A DNA stretch of 63,970 bases from an uncultured virus (IMG/VR IMGVR_UViG_3300011114_000961) (Duplodnaviria; Heunggongvirae; Uroviricota; Caudoviricetes): the IMG/VR virus record IMGVR_UViG_3300011114_000961, positions 62,001 to 125,970 of that record, one strand, 5' to 3'. The position numbers and the translations under genes are program-made. The stretch's first letter is position 1; each line of letters opens with the position of its first letter. Below, in pieces: positions 10,385-19,900 of the stretch. The notes beneath the pieces were generated by a model. It was not told where the DNA came from, did not search any database, and worked only from the letters and a program-made list of their open reading frames with translations.

Positions 10385-11502
10385 TGAGATCAAAAGAATT
10401 TATTACAGAAGCAATCAATCCAGATTGTTTTAATCCAGCATTTAATGACACACAAATTTTTGACGGGTTGACATATCGGGCCACGGTGGAAGAAGAATAC
10501 GGCAAGCCAGTGCTCACAGTCAAAGTGCTGGATGACAACTTTCAACAAGCAGGTCTTGCCAAATTCAAACCAAGCAAAGCAGGCGTGGTATCCTTGATCA
10601 CCAGTTTCCGTCCTGAATATCAAGGTCAAGGTCTAGCACGTAACATCTATGCCTATGTGCGAGCCCTGGGCAACACCATTGTGCCAAGCAGAAATCAATT
10701 GCCAGCCGGCCGAGCCATGTGGGATGCATGGAAAAAGTCCGGCGATGCCAATCATTTGATGCGCGATGTGGCTGAAGTTGCCCCTCCAGGCGCCAAAGCC
10801 GAACGCATGGTCAAACACATTAAACAGGGTTATGCCCGGGATGGCAAGCTGACTCCTCAAGAAAAATCTATTGCTTTTGCCACAGCATGGAAAGCACACA
10901 ATGCTGGCCGAGTGGAAGAGCAAGGTGTGGCGGAAAACAATCATTGGCATGCGGCCGGTGTGGCGGATGCTCGCCGTGATGTCAAACAAAATCCCAACAG
11001 AAAAGTTAAAACACTCAACCCACGCACACAGTTGAAAACCATGCAAGACAAGCAAGCACGACATCCCGAAGAAGTAGAACAATACTCACTGGGTTACAGA
11101 AGCATCAATCCTGCAGAAAGCATCTGCAGCTTGGAGGAAGCTCATGAGATATTTGATGATTTTGAACAGGCCATGGCCGAACGTGGACTTACCGAAGATG
11201 CATTTGACACAGTGACAGATGAACAGATTGTTCGCGAAACTGCTGCTTGGCGACGCAAAGCAGGCAAGAGCGCCAAGGGCGGATTGAATCGCAAAGGTGT
11301 TGCCAGCTATCGCAGAGAACATCCCGGCAGTCATTTGCAGATGGCAGTGACCACCAAGCCTTCAAAACTCAAGCCTGGATCAAAAGCAGCCAAACGTCGC
11401 AAGAGTTTCTGCGCTAGAATGAGTGGTGTGGACGGTCCAATGAAGAAACCCAATGGCAAACCCACACGCAAGGCGCTGGCACTGAGGAAGTGGAACTGCT
11501 GA
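10384..11502 (+). CDS. Modular putative internal virion protein (GNAT-like N-terminal module, basic DUF6321-like C-terminal module)
   Basis: MRSKEFITE start; PEYQGQGLA acetyl-CoA-binding-like motif; AWRRKAGK..GGLNRKG..RRKSFCARM..LRKWNC module. Confidence 0.65.
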   Translation: MRSKEFITEAINPDCFNPAFNDTQIFDGLTYRATVEEEYGKPVLTVKVLDDNFQQAGLAKFKPSKAGVVSLITSFRPEYQGQGLARNIYAYVRALGNTIVPSRNQLPAGRAMWDAWKKSGDANHLMRDVAEVAPPGAKAERMVKHIKQGYARDGKLTPQEKSIAFATAWKAHNAGRVEEQGVAENNHWHAAGVADARRDVKQNPNRKVKTLNPRTQLKTMQDKQARHPEEVEQYSLGYRSINPAESICSLEEAHEIFDDFEQAMAERGLTEDAFDTVTDEQIVRETAAWRRKAGKSAKGGLNRKGVASYRREHPGSHLQMAVTTKPSKLKPGSKAAKRRKSFCARMSGVDGPMKKPNGKPTRKALALRKWNC

Positions 11503-11981
11503 TGCGAGCCCAAGAATTTGTCCGTGAAGGATTGACTTCTTTTTTAGCAAAAGCATTTAAAGCAGGTGAACCGGCTGTGGCCAAGGCAGCAACCAGGATA
11601 GAACCTGCTGTTAAAAATATTGTTGTGACGCCGCCTACTAGCTCATCAATGCTTACTGGACGAGTGCCTGCAAAACCTGAGGATATAACTCATGCTTACA
11701 GAAACATGAGCCCTGCAGAGCTACAACATGCACAGACAACTGGGTATTTTCAAGCCAATCCCAATCCTGGAAAAACACCGGGTTGGTCTCCAGATCAGAA
11801 ATTTTGGTCTTCAGGAGATGCTGAAGGACATTTTGGACGAGACTGGAAAAATGCAAGCGATAATGCCAAAGTACGTGTGCCTGTAGATAAAGTACCCAGC
11901 GACACAGCAGTCAATGCCGGCCATGCTGAAGTTTTTAATAAGGAAACAGGTGAATGGTCACCTGTTTTGATCAAACCATGA
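11502..11981 (+). CDS. Putative internal virion protein
   Basis: Starts MRAQEFVRE; ATG overlaps the upstream TGA. Confidence 0.6.
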   Translation: MRAQEFVREGLTSFLAKAFKAGEPAVAKAATRIEPAVKNIVVTPPTSSSMLTGRVPAKPEDITHAYRNMSPAELQHAQTTGYFQANPNPGKTPGWSPDQKFWSSGDAEGHFGRDWKNASDNAKVRVPVDKVPSDTAVNAGHAEVFNKETGEWSPVLIKP

Positions 11982-12202
11982 GAGCCAAAGAATTCATAAT
12001 GGAAGATGGTGCCAGTGCAGGCGGCACTTCAAGTGGCAGTATAGCACCAGTAAGCATGGGCATGGGCATGCAAACAAGATCAGGTGGATCCATGCTTTCT
12101 GGTAAATATATCACGGACTCGGACCCTACTCCGAATACTCCAAAAGAATACAAAAGGACCCAGCATGCTCGCAGACAGTTTAAAAATTCTCCTAGCAAGT
12201 AA
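11978..12202 (+). CDS. Small putative internal virion protein
   Basis: Starts MRAKEFIME; ATGA coupling. Confidence 0.6.
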   Translation: MRAKEFIMEDGASAGGTSSGSIAPVSMGMGMQTRSGGSMLSGKYITDSDPTPNTPKEYKRTQHARRQFKNSPSK

Positions 12203-12605
12203 TTTTGCTTACTACATCAAGGCCCACGGTTTTCACTGGAATGTGGAAGGGCCAGACTTTGGAGAGCTGCATACATTCTTTCAGGGCATTTACGAAGATG
12301 CTTATTCGGCCATTGATCCCACTGCAGAATACATACGCTACCTGGGCGAATACTCTCCAGCCAGTTTTGAACGTTTCACAGAACTCACACAGATTGCAGG
12401 ACAGACAAAAATTCCACGTGCTCGACTCATGCTGGAGGAACTGCATGCCAACAATGATCAGATGCTTGATATTCTCAACAGTTGCTTTGCTGCTGCCACC
12501 GAAGAAAACGAGCAAGGTATCGCCAACTTTATAGCAGAACGACTCAGTGCTCACGGCAAGTATCGTTGGCAATTGTTAAGTTATTTAAAAGTTGAACGGG
12601 CATGA
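12165..12605 (+). CDS. dps: Dps/ferritin-like DNA protection protein
   Basis: KAHGFHWNVEGPDFGELH signature; AEYIR; HGKYRWQL. Confidence 0.93.
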   Translation: MLADSLKILLASNFAYYIKAHGFHWNVEGPDFGELHTFFQGIYEDAYSAIDPTAEYIRYLGEYSPASFERFTELTQIAGQTKIPRARLMLEELHANNDQMLDILNSCFAAATEENEQGIANFIAERLSAHGKYRWQLLSYLKVERA

Positions 12606-13489
12606 GCAACGACATAAGACACATACTGGACCGGCTGGCCACTGTGGAAGGACGCCTGTCCCCTGCACAACAGAAAGTTCCGCAACTGCCTGCATTGTTC
12701 AAACCCAAGCATATTCGTGTGTTGGGCAGCCAAACAGATCCTGCTGATCCCATGGATGGATACATGGTGGGCGAGCGACGCGGCACTGCTTTGGAAGAAG
12801 CCATGGCTGAGATTGAAGAAGACATGGTCAGTCGAGTCAAAAAAGATCTCACACAATATCTTGACCACTTGGAAAAGAAAGGTCGTGTCAGCAACGAACT
12901 AAAAAACAAAGCCTTGGACGCAATAGAGCACGGCGAAGTTGAAGAAGCTGGTGCAATGTCTGTTGGTGCCAAAGCACTTGGAAAAAGTCTGCCAGTGATT
13001 GGTGCTGGATTACAAGCACAAGATGCTATAAACAGAGCAAATCTAGGCGACTACGTTGGTGCAGGTATTTCTGGTGCAGGAATATATCCACCGTTGAGTT
13101 TTCCTAGCATGGCTGTGCAGGCCGCAAGAGACAAGTACAAAACTGGCAGTTGGTTGCCCGACGATGAACAAATTACAAACGCTGCAAAAGGTATTCCGGC
13201 GCCGCCGTCACCTGCAGAGTTGCAAGCAGCTGAGCAGTCAAAAAAAGCAGGGATCAATCCCAATACGTTATTGCCAGTAAAAGAAAATGCACCAGTTAGA
13301 ACCTACGCTATGGAAAATGGCAAAACATTGGAATGCTGGGGTGACGAACAAAACGGATTTGAAATACGTCATGCGGGTCGCAGCTTGCCCACACGGTTCC
13401 CAAACCTTGAACATGCTGATATAGCAGTGAGACTGTTTCAGAATCGTCAACCTGCGGATTCAAATCAAGATTACTTAGAAGAAAAATAA
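12602..13489 (+). CDS. Hypothetical modular protein (probable virion)
   Basis: 295-aa ORF, ATGA-coupled to dps. Confidence 0.65.
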   Translation: MSNDIRHILDRLATVEGRLSPAQQKVPQLPALFKPKHIRVLGSQTDPADPMDGYMVGERRGTALEEAMAEIEEDMVSRVKKDLTQYLDHLEKKGRVSNELKNKALDAIEHGEVEEAGAMSVGAKALGKSLPVIGAGLQAQDAINRANLGDYVGAGISGAGIYPPLSFPSMAVQAARDKYKTGSWLPDDEQITNAAKGIPAPPSPAELQAAEQSKKAGINPNTLLPVKENAPVRTYAMENGKTLECWGDEQNGFEIRHAGRSLPTRFPNLEHADIAVRLFQNRQPADSNQDYLEEK

Positions 13490-13490
13490 A

Positions 13491-14948
13491 ATGATCTTAG
13501 AAAATTTCTTTGCAGTGAATGAAACATCAATGTCACCTAGGTCACCTGCATTGGCATTACCCAAGGCACCACAAGCACCAGCAGCACCCACATTAGAAGA
13601 AGAAGATCGGTCTATAGATCCAGATTTGGTAAATCAAATCTATCTCAACAATCAAGACATAATTGGTAACAATCCAAATCTTATCAAACCCGGACAAGTT
13701 TTGAGTTTGCCCGATGGCTCAAGTTATGCAGTACAACGCGGTGATAATTTATCCAAAATAGCTAAAAAAATACAAACGCCGTCTGTTGCTCCAGTAGTTG
13801 CTGTGCCTGCTCAAGTACCAATGGGCACCCACAGTACTGACAGAGATCCGGTGTCTGGATCGCCTAATTGGAAAGATCCAAATCCTATTGCAAACCCCAA
13901 AGTACAAGTTTGGCCAAATGCTGGAAATCTACCGCCAGCTGTTGCTCCGGTTGCTGCACCATCTTTAGTAGATAAATTAAAACGAGTTGCATCGGGCGAG
14001 TTTGTTTCTAATGTATTTCCTGAACTAACTCCCAAAGGTAGTCGGGCTGTGCCTCCATCTGTTATGCCCAGCAGCCCAGCACCGGCGGCACGATCAGCGG
14101 CAGCAGCGCCGGAAATGGTGCCTGCTGCAGATTCTATGGCACCCGGCGAAGAGATTGTCACTGCCAAAAAACCAAAACCCCCGGTGGTGCTGCCCAAGCA
14201 TGTGGTCACCCCCACACCATCGCAGCCTAACGTTATACAACGTATAGAAAAAGGTGCTGCAGACAAAGCCGGTCAGGTAGGTAATTGGCTAGCAGGTTTA
14301 GTAAAAAAACGTGAATCAGGTGATGATTATGACATCGGGCATCATTATGCTCCCGGTACTGGATCGGCAGGGCCAGACAATAGAAAAACCACAGCATGGG
14401 GTGCATACGGGTTGACCAATGCTGCAATCTTAGCTGCACGTGGCGAAGATGCCACCTTGCAAAAGCCACTGAAACAATGGACACCTGAAGACCAGGACCG
14501 TGCATTTAATATTGTCAATGATAAAAATTTAAAACGCATGGATCAATTGGGGGTAGACATCAATAAACACCCCGAAGCACCAAGTATTGCTATATTTCTA
14601 GGAGCCGACGGTGCAGCAAAATATTACAAAACTGGCAAGTTCAATCAAGATACCATGGATGCCAATGGCGGTGAAGAAGGTGTTAAAAAAATTATTGCAC
14701 AACGTACCAAAGATTCCCTTGCTGCACTAGAAAAACAAAAGAAACAACGAGTCAAAGAAACTGTGAACACTGTCAACACCATGTTAAAAACAGCCAGCAC
14801 AGCAGACGACGTGCGACACATTCGGAACTACATTGATCGTCAATACACACGTCATGGCATGCTGGACGAAGTGGCATTTGCTCAACGCAGTCACTTGGTA
14901 GAACGAGTGATTGAGATTACCGACCAACGCCGACTATTGTCCAAATGA
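13491..14948 (+). CDS. LysM plus lysozyme/transglycosylase-like putative virion protein
   Basis: NPNLIKPGQVLSLP..VQRGDNLSKIA (LysM); RESG...TAWGAYGL resembling the lysozyme-fold E-S-G...A-G-Y motif. Confidence 0.65.
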   Translation: MILENFFAVNETSMSPRSPALALPKAPQAPAAPTLEEEDRSIDPDLVNQIYLNNQDIIGNNPNLIKPGQVLSLPDGSSYAVQRGDNLSKIAKKIQTPSVAPVVAVPAQVPMGTHSTDRDPVSGSPNWKDPNPIANPKVQVWPNAGNLPPAVAPVAAPSLVDKLKRVASGEFVSNVFPELTPKGSRAVPPSVMPSSPAPAARSAAAAPEMVPAADSMAPGEEIVTAKKPKPPVVLPKHVVTPTPSQPNVIQRIEKGAADKAGQVGNWLAGLVKKRESGDDYDIGHHYAPGTGSAGPDNRKTTAWGAYGLTNAAILAARGEDATLQKPLKQWTPEDQDRAFNIVNDKNLKRMDQLGVDINKHPEAPSIAIFLGADGAAKYYKTGKFNQDTMDANGGEEGVKKIIAQRTKDSLAALEKQKKQRVKETVNTVNTMLKTASTADDVRHIRNYIDRQYTRHGMLDEVAFAQRSHLVERVIEITDQRRLLSK

Positions 14949-14949
14949 A

Positions 14950-15041
14950 CACACCTTAGGACCGGTACCTTGTTACCGAAGTGTGGGGCGGCTGCTGCCC
15001 GGAGAAGAGCCATTCGCTACGGCAACTCTCCAAAGTGAGCA
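14950..15041 (+). ncRNA. Candidate structured RNA (three hairpins plus possible pseudoknot)
   Basis: cacac/gtgtg enclosing cggta/taccg; gggc/gccc; ggaga/tctcc; loop ttcgct complementary to downstream agtgag. Confidence 0.45.
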
Positions 15042-15049
15042 CATTTCAA

Positions 15050-15078
15050 TTGACTTTGCCTGCAACATCAACTATACT
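15050..15078 (+). promoter_or_regulatory. Sigma70-type promoter
   Basis: TTGACT-N17-TATACT. Confidence 0.7.
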
Positions 15079-15099
15079 TGCATTTTATTAGGAGACATT

Positions 15100-15360
15100 A
15101 TGTCAGACAAATCTTTCAACGGCGATCAAAAAATCAAACTTGTACAAATCATCAACGAAGGCATGCAGGTCATGCACGAAATTGATACCTTGCAAGGCGG
15201 CCTCAACGACACCATCAAGGCCATTGCTGAAGAATTGGAAATCAAACCAGCGGTACTAAAGAAAGCTATCAAACTGGCACACAAAGCTGAATTTGGCAAG
15301 GCCAAACAAGATCACGAACTGCTGGAAACTATTTTGGAAACAGTAGGCAAAACTCTTTAA
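15100..15360 (+). CDS. Small dsDNA-binding protein (T4 DsbA/GapR-like)
   Basis: 86-aa helical protein with IKAIAEELEIKPAVLKKAIKLAHK pattern; AGGAG RBS. Confidence 0.6.
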   Translation: MSDKSFNGDQKIKLVQIINEGMQVMHEIDTLQGGLNDTIKAIAEELEIKPAVLKKAIKLAHKAEFGKAKQDHELLETILETVGKTL

Positions 15361-15371
15361 TTATACTCGGT

Positions 15372-16343
15372 ATGATAACTCCCGATCCTATTTTTTCATA
15401 TCTAGTAGTTGGTCGGTCATTGTTTACAATAGCTGATCAAATAAATAAAAAATTAAGTGCATCACATAATGATAGAAAATTATTATATGTATGGGGAGGT
15501 GACGGTCTTGAACTTGACAAGTTTTTTAATAGTGACTACTCTAAGAAACTGATAATAACCAATAATGTTGTTAAATGTTTGCCTGAACAACAAAAACATA
15601 TACACACTGTTAATCCTGTCTTTTATGGAATGTATTTTTTTAATTTTCCCGACAGTTCAGTAAAGATAGAAAAAGACTTCAATTGTTTTGTTAATAGATA
15701 TGACATTTTCCGACAAAGCTGGATTTATCAATTGATTCGACATGAGTTGTTTGATCGAGGATTCATATCGTTTAACGGTGAAATGAACAACAACAGAGTT
15801 CCCAGCCAGGAGTTTGTAGGATTATCACCATCGCAAGGATTTGAGTTAGGATTTCAAAAATACAATTCAATATTTGAGAAAGAACACAACATTATTAAGA
15901 ATCAAATACCATACAAAAATTTCAATGACACAGGTGATTTGACCAATGTAGTTTTGGCTTCAAAATTTAGTATTGTATTAGAAACATTTTTTCATGATAA
16001 TAAAATTATTACCTACAGTGAAAAAACATTTAGATGTTTGCAACTGCCCCGGCCCTGGGTTCTTTTTTCTAGCCAATTTGCAATAGACAACCTGCGTACA
16101 TTAGGGTTTGATGTGCTGGATGATTTGGTAGACCACAGCTATGACTGTATTGCCGACACTGTTCAACGGCAACTGGCCATAATAGACCAGTGTAAATTAT
16201 TAGTTAACCAACCATTGAATCTACAACGCACACAACAGGCTGCTGATCAGAACAAATCTCTACTAGAATCTATGAAAAAAAACTGGTTGATAAATATTCA
16301 GACTGACTTTGATATTGCATACGAAAAGTTATTAACGTTATGA
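15372..16343 (+). CDS. AT-rich hypothetical protein, possible glycosyltransferase-like
   Basis: SIVLET..SEKTFR..GFDV..VDHSYD motif shared with 7050-8111. Confidence 0.55.
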   Translation: MITPDPIFSYLVVGRSLFTIADQINKKLSASHNDRKLLYVWGGDGLELDKFFNSDYSKKLIITNNVVKCLPEQQKHIHTVNPVFYGMYFFNFPDSSVKIEKDFNCFVNRYDIFRQSWIYQLIRHELFDRGFISFNGEMNNNRVPSQEFVGLSPSQGFELGFQKYNSIFEKEHNIIKNQIPYKNFNDTGDLTNVVLASKFSIVLETFFHDNKIITYSEKTFRCLQLPRPWVLFSSQFAIDNLRTLGFDVLDDLVDHSYDCIADTVQRQLAIIDQCKLLVNQPLNLQRTQQAADQNKSLLESMKKNWLINIQTDFDIAYEKLLTL

Positions 16344-16579
16344 GCCGATTAAAAAAGCATTTAGAGGAAACAAATTGGAGTTATTGGCAACATCTTAGGC
16401 ATTCTGTTGAGATTGGCAATAAACTGATCCATACAGCATTCATGGGGTATATCCATGGATTGTTTCCTTGGTTCTGGGCAAATAAAGGCCCTATTGCAAT
16501 TTATAAAATTTATAAAAATATGAGGCGTTTGCCACATGTTCGACGACTTATCGAAAACGAAGATCAAAATCAATCATGA
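16340..16579 (+). CDS. Small hypothetical protein (DUF6356-like)
   Basis: HLEETNWSYWQH...IHGLFPW pattern. Confidence 0.55.
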   Translation: MSRLKKHLEETNWSYWQHLRHSVEIGNKLIHTAFMGYIHGLFPWFWANKGPIAIYKIYKNMRRLPHVRRLIENEDQNQS

Positions 16580-17154
16580 GTAAAATAGTTTTAGTAGGGT
16601 TTCCGGAAGCAACTATAACCAATGATATTTTTAATTTGATTTGTAATGACAATCTCAATGTCACTATACTGCATCCTGATAAATTTTTAAATGACGAATT
16701 TGAAAAAACAGATAAATTTGCTGTCACTGTGACTAGAGATATACTCTTACGAAAACAAATTATTAATAAATTTGATCAAGATAATTTACAAAGAGCTACA
16801 TTCATACACAAAAGTTGCGTAGTTGATCCTAACTCAACAATTGGGGATGGCACTATTATGTCTCAATTTGTATCAGTACTATATCAATCAACAATAGGTA
16901 AGGATTGTTTGATTGCTCCATATTGTATGATAGCACATAAATCTGTAGTCGGGCAAGGAACCATGTTGATGCCTGGATCAATGATTGCTGGTTCAACCAC
17001 CGTTGGTAAATTTTGTATTTTAGGATTGCGTAGCAGTATCATCGACAACGTCAATATATGTGATGATGTCCAGCTGGGTGCTGGTGCGCTGATAACAAAA
17101 AATATTTTACTGCCCGGACACTATGTTGGAGCACCAGCCCGAAAAGTCAGTTGA
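16576..17154 (+). CDS. Hexapeptide-repeat sugar acetyltransferase (NeuD/PglD-like)
   Basis: Left-handed beta-helix repeats (IGDGT, IGKDC, VGQGT, VGKFC, LGAGA); terminal GAPAR. Confidence 0.85.
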   Translation: MSKIVLVGFPEATITNDIFNLICNDNLNVTILHPDKFLNDEFEKTDKFAVTVTRDILLRKQIINKFDQDNLQRATFIHKSCVVDPNSTIGDGTIMSQFVSVLYQSTIGKDCLIAPYCMIAHKSVVGQGTMLMPGSMIAGSTTVGKFCILGLRSSIIDNVNICDDVQLGAGALITKNILLPGHYVGAPARKVS

Positions 17155-17179
17155 CTTTCAGGCACATACTTGTTATACT
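17151..17179 (+). promoter_or_regulatory. Sigma70-type promoter of the DNA polymerase gene
   Basis: TTGACT-N17-TATACT with extended -10 TG. Confidence 0.7.
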
Positions 17180-17239
17180 AGGTTGAGTCGCTCACATCAC
17201 GAGCATGAATCACGGCCCACCGGCCATAAACGGAGAACA

Positions 17240-19900
17240 ATGAGTTATATTGATGCGTTATTTGATCGTGAGCACGATCGCATACATGTGGTTGAACGCC
17301 GCAATGGTCAAAGGCAATACCGAGAGTATCCTGCCAATTACATATTTTACTACGATGATCCTCGCGGCAAGTTCCGTAGCATATACGGCACACCTGTGAG
17401 CAGATTCAGCACAAGGAACAACAAAGAATTCCGCAAGGAAGTACGTGTGCAATCAGGCAAGCATCTTTACGAAAGTGATATCAATCCTATTTTTAGATGC
17501 CTTGAAGAAAATTACAAAGACCAAGACGCTCCTGAACTGCACACAGCATTCTTTGACATTGAAGTTGCATTTGACAAAGATCGCGGATTCTCCCCAGTGG
17601 ACGATCCGTTCAACCCTATCACAGCTATATCTGTGTACCTGGACTGGATGGATCAACTGATCACACTAGCAGTACCACCAGCAGGACTAAGCTGGGCTAC
17701 TGCACATGAACTTGTGGCTGATTTTGAAAACACCATATTGTTTGACAACGAAGCTGACATGATCAAAACATTCCTGGATGTGATTGACGATGCGGATGTG
17801 CTCACTGGCTGGAACAGTGAAGGCTATGACATACCATACACTGTTAATCGTTGCACTCGTGTGCTCAGCAAAGATGACACACGCAAGTTTTGTTTGTGGG
17901 GACAGTTTCCCAAGCCCAGAATGTTTGAACGATATGGTGCAGAGAATCAAACTTATGATTTGATCGGCCGTGTGCATATGGACTATATGCAACTGTATCG
18001 CAAGTACACCTATGAAGAACGACACAGCTACAGCTTGGATGCCATTGGCGAACACGAACTGGGTGAACGCAAAACACAGTTTGAAGGCACCTTGGATCAG
18101 TTGTACAATCAACATTTTAAAAAGTTTATTGAATACAATCGTCAAGATACCATGCTGGTCAATAAACTGGACAAAAAGTTGCGATTCTTGGAATTGGCCA
18201 GCGAGCTGGCACATGCCAATACTGTGCTGTTGCAGACCACAATGGGTGCAGTGGCCGTGACCGAACAGGCCATCATCAACGAAGCACACGAGCGTGGCAT
18301 GGTTGTGCCCAATCGCAAACAACGACTGGTAGATGAAGATACCCAAGCAGCAGGTGCTTATGTTGCATATCCCAAAAAAGGCATACACAAGTGGGTGGCA
18401 TCTGTGGACATAAACAGTTTGTATCCCACTGCTATTCGTGCCATGAACATGGGTCCAGAAACTGTGGTAGGGCAATTGAAACAACACATGACCGATCGTA
18501 TCATCAAAGAACGCATGGCCAAGGGTGATAGTTTTGCAGCAGCATGGGAAGGTTTGTTTGCCAGCTTGGAATACACCGCAGTGATGGAACAAAAACCCGG
18601 CACTGAGATCACCATTGAATGGGAAACTGGTGAGGAAACTGTGCATGGTGCAGCAGAAGTTTGGCACATGATCTTCAACAGCAATCGTCCATGGATACTC
18701 ACTGCTAATGGTACTATTCTCACATATGAGAAGAAAGGTATCATTCCAGGCTTGCTAGAACGTTGGTACAGTGAACGGCAAGAAATGCAGGCCAAGAAGA
18801 AACAAGCAAAAGATGCCAAAGAAATTGCATTCTGGGACAAGCGTCAGTTGGTCAAGAAGATCAACTTGAACAGTTTGTACGGTGCTATTCTCAATCCGCA
18901 TTGCAGATTCTTTGACAAACGCATTGGACAGAGCACCACGCTGACAGGTAGAAGCATTGCCAAGCACATGGATGCATATATCAATGAATGCATCACTGGT
19001 GAGTACGATCACATGGGTGCGGCAATCATATACGGCGACACTGACAGTTGTTATTTCAGTGCTTGGCCTGTGTTGGAAAAAGAAGTTGCAGACGGTCGCA
19101 TGGAGTGGAGCAAAGAAACTGCCATTGCATTGTATGACAGCGTGGCTGAACAAGTGAATGAAAGTTTTCCTGGCTTTATGGAACAGTCATTCCATTGCCC
19201 ACGAGACATGGGCGGCCTAATCAAAGCCGGTAGAGAAATGGTAGCAGACCGCACTTTGTTTATCACAAAGAAACGCTATGCTGTAAACATCATTGACCTG
19301 GAAGGCAAACGACTGGATGTCAATGGCAAAACTGGCAAGATCAAAGCCACTGGTCTGGATCTCAAAAGATCAGACACTCCCAAAGTCATCCAAGACTTTC
19401 TCAGTAACATCTTGACTGAGGTACTGGCAGGTGCAGATCGTGATCAAATAATTGAAAAGATTCGCGAATTCAAATATATTTTCAAAGAGCGGCCAGGCTG
19501 GGAAAAAGGATCTCCCAAACGTGTGAACAACTTGACCAAGTACGGCAAAGAAGAAGAACGGCAGGGCAAAGCCAACATGCCTGGACATGTGCGAGCTGCA
19601 TTGAACTGGAATAATCTACGCAGGATGAACTCAGACAATTACAGTATGCAAATTGTAGATGGCATGAAGACCATTGTGTGCAAACTAAAAAGCAATGCAC
19701 TTGGATGGACTAGCATTGGTTATCCCACAGATGAAATGCACTTGCCACAGTGGTTTAAAGACTTGCCATTTGACGACGGAGTGATGGAGGCCACTGTGGT
19801 GGATCAAAAAATTGACAACCTGTTGGGTGTGTTGAATTGGAATCTTGCCAGTGCTACCAACACAGAAAACACATTTACTAGTTTATTTTCTTTCGAATGA
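17240..19900 (+). CDS. Family B DNA polymerase with 3'-5' exonuclease domain
   Basis: FFDIE and GWNSEGYD (exo), DINSLYP, KINLNSLYG, YGDTDS, KKRY motifs. Confidence 0.97.
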   Translation: MSYIDALFDREHDRIHVVERRNGQRQYREYPANYIFYYDDPRGKFRSIYGTPVSRFSTRNNKEFRKEVRVQSGKHLYESDINPIFRCLEENYKDQDAPELHTAFFDIEVAFDKDRGFSPVDDPFNPITAISVYLDWMDQLITLAVPPAGLSWATAHELVADFENTILFDNEADMIKTFLDVIDDADVLTGWNSEGYDIPYTVNRCTRVLSKDDTRKFCLWGQFPKPRMFERYGAENQTYDLIGRVHMDYMQLYRKYTYEERHSYSLDAIGEHELGERKTQFEGTLDQLYNQHFKKFIEYNRQDTMLVNKLDKKLRFLELASELAHANTVLLQTTMGAVAVTEQAIINEAHERGMVVPNRKQRLVDEDTQAAGAYVAYPKKGIHKWVASVDINSLYPTAIRAMNMGPETVVGQLKQHMTDRIIKERMAKGDSFAAAWEGLFASLEYTAVMEQKPGTEITIEWETGEETVHGAAEVWHMIFNSNRPWILTANGTILTYEKKGIIPGLLERWYSERQEMQAKKKQAKDAKEIAFWDKRQLVKKINLNSLYGAILNPHCRFFDKRIGQSTTLTGRSIAKHMDAYINECITGEYDHMGAAIIYGDTDSCYFSAWPVLEKEVADGRMEWSKETAIALYDSVAEQVNESFPGFMEQSFHCPRDMGGLIKAGREMVADRTLFITKKRYAVNIIDLEGKRLDVNGKTGKIKATGLDLKRSDTPKVIQDFLSNILTEVLAGADRDQIIEKIREFKYIFKERPGWEKGSPKRVNNLTKYGKEEERQGKANMPGHVRAALNWNNLRRMNSDNYSMQIVDGMKTIVCKLKSNALGWTSIGYPTDEMHLPQWFKDLPFDDGVMEATVVDQKIDNLLGVLNWNLASATNTENTFTSLFSFE

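Noticed and set aside
17687..18667. Long antisense ORFs such as the 326-aa frame opposite the polymerase
   Set aside because: Shadow frames of strongly supported plus-strand genes.
17240..19900. Intein or intron in the DNA polymerase
   Set aside because: Continuous ORF with normally spaced polB motifs and no splicing or homing-endonuclease motifs.
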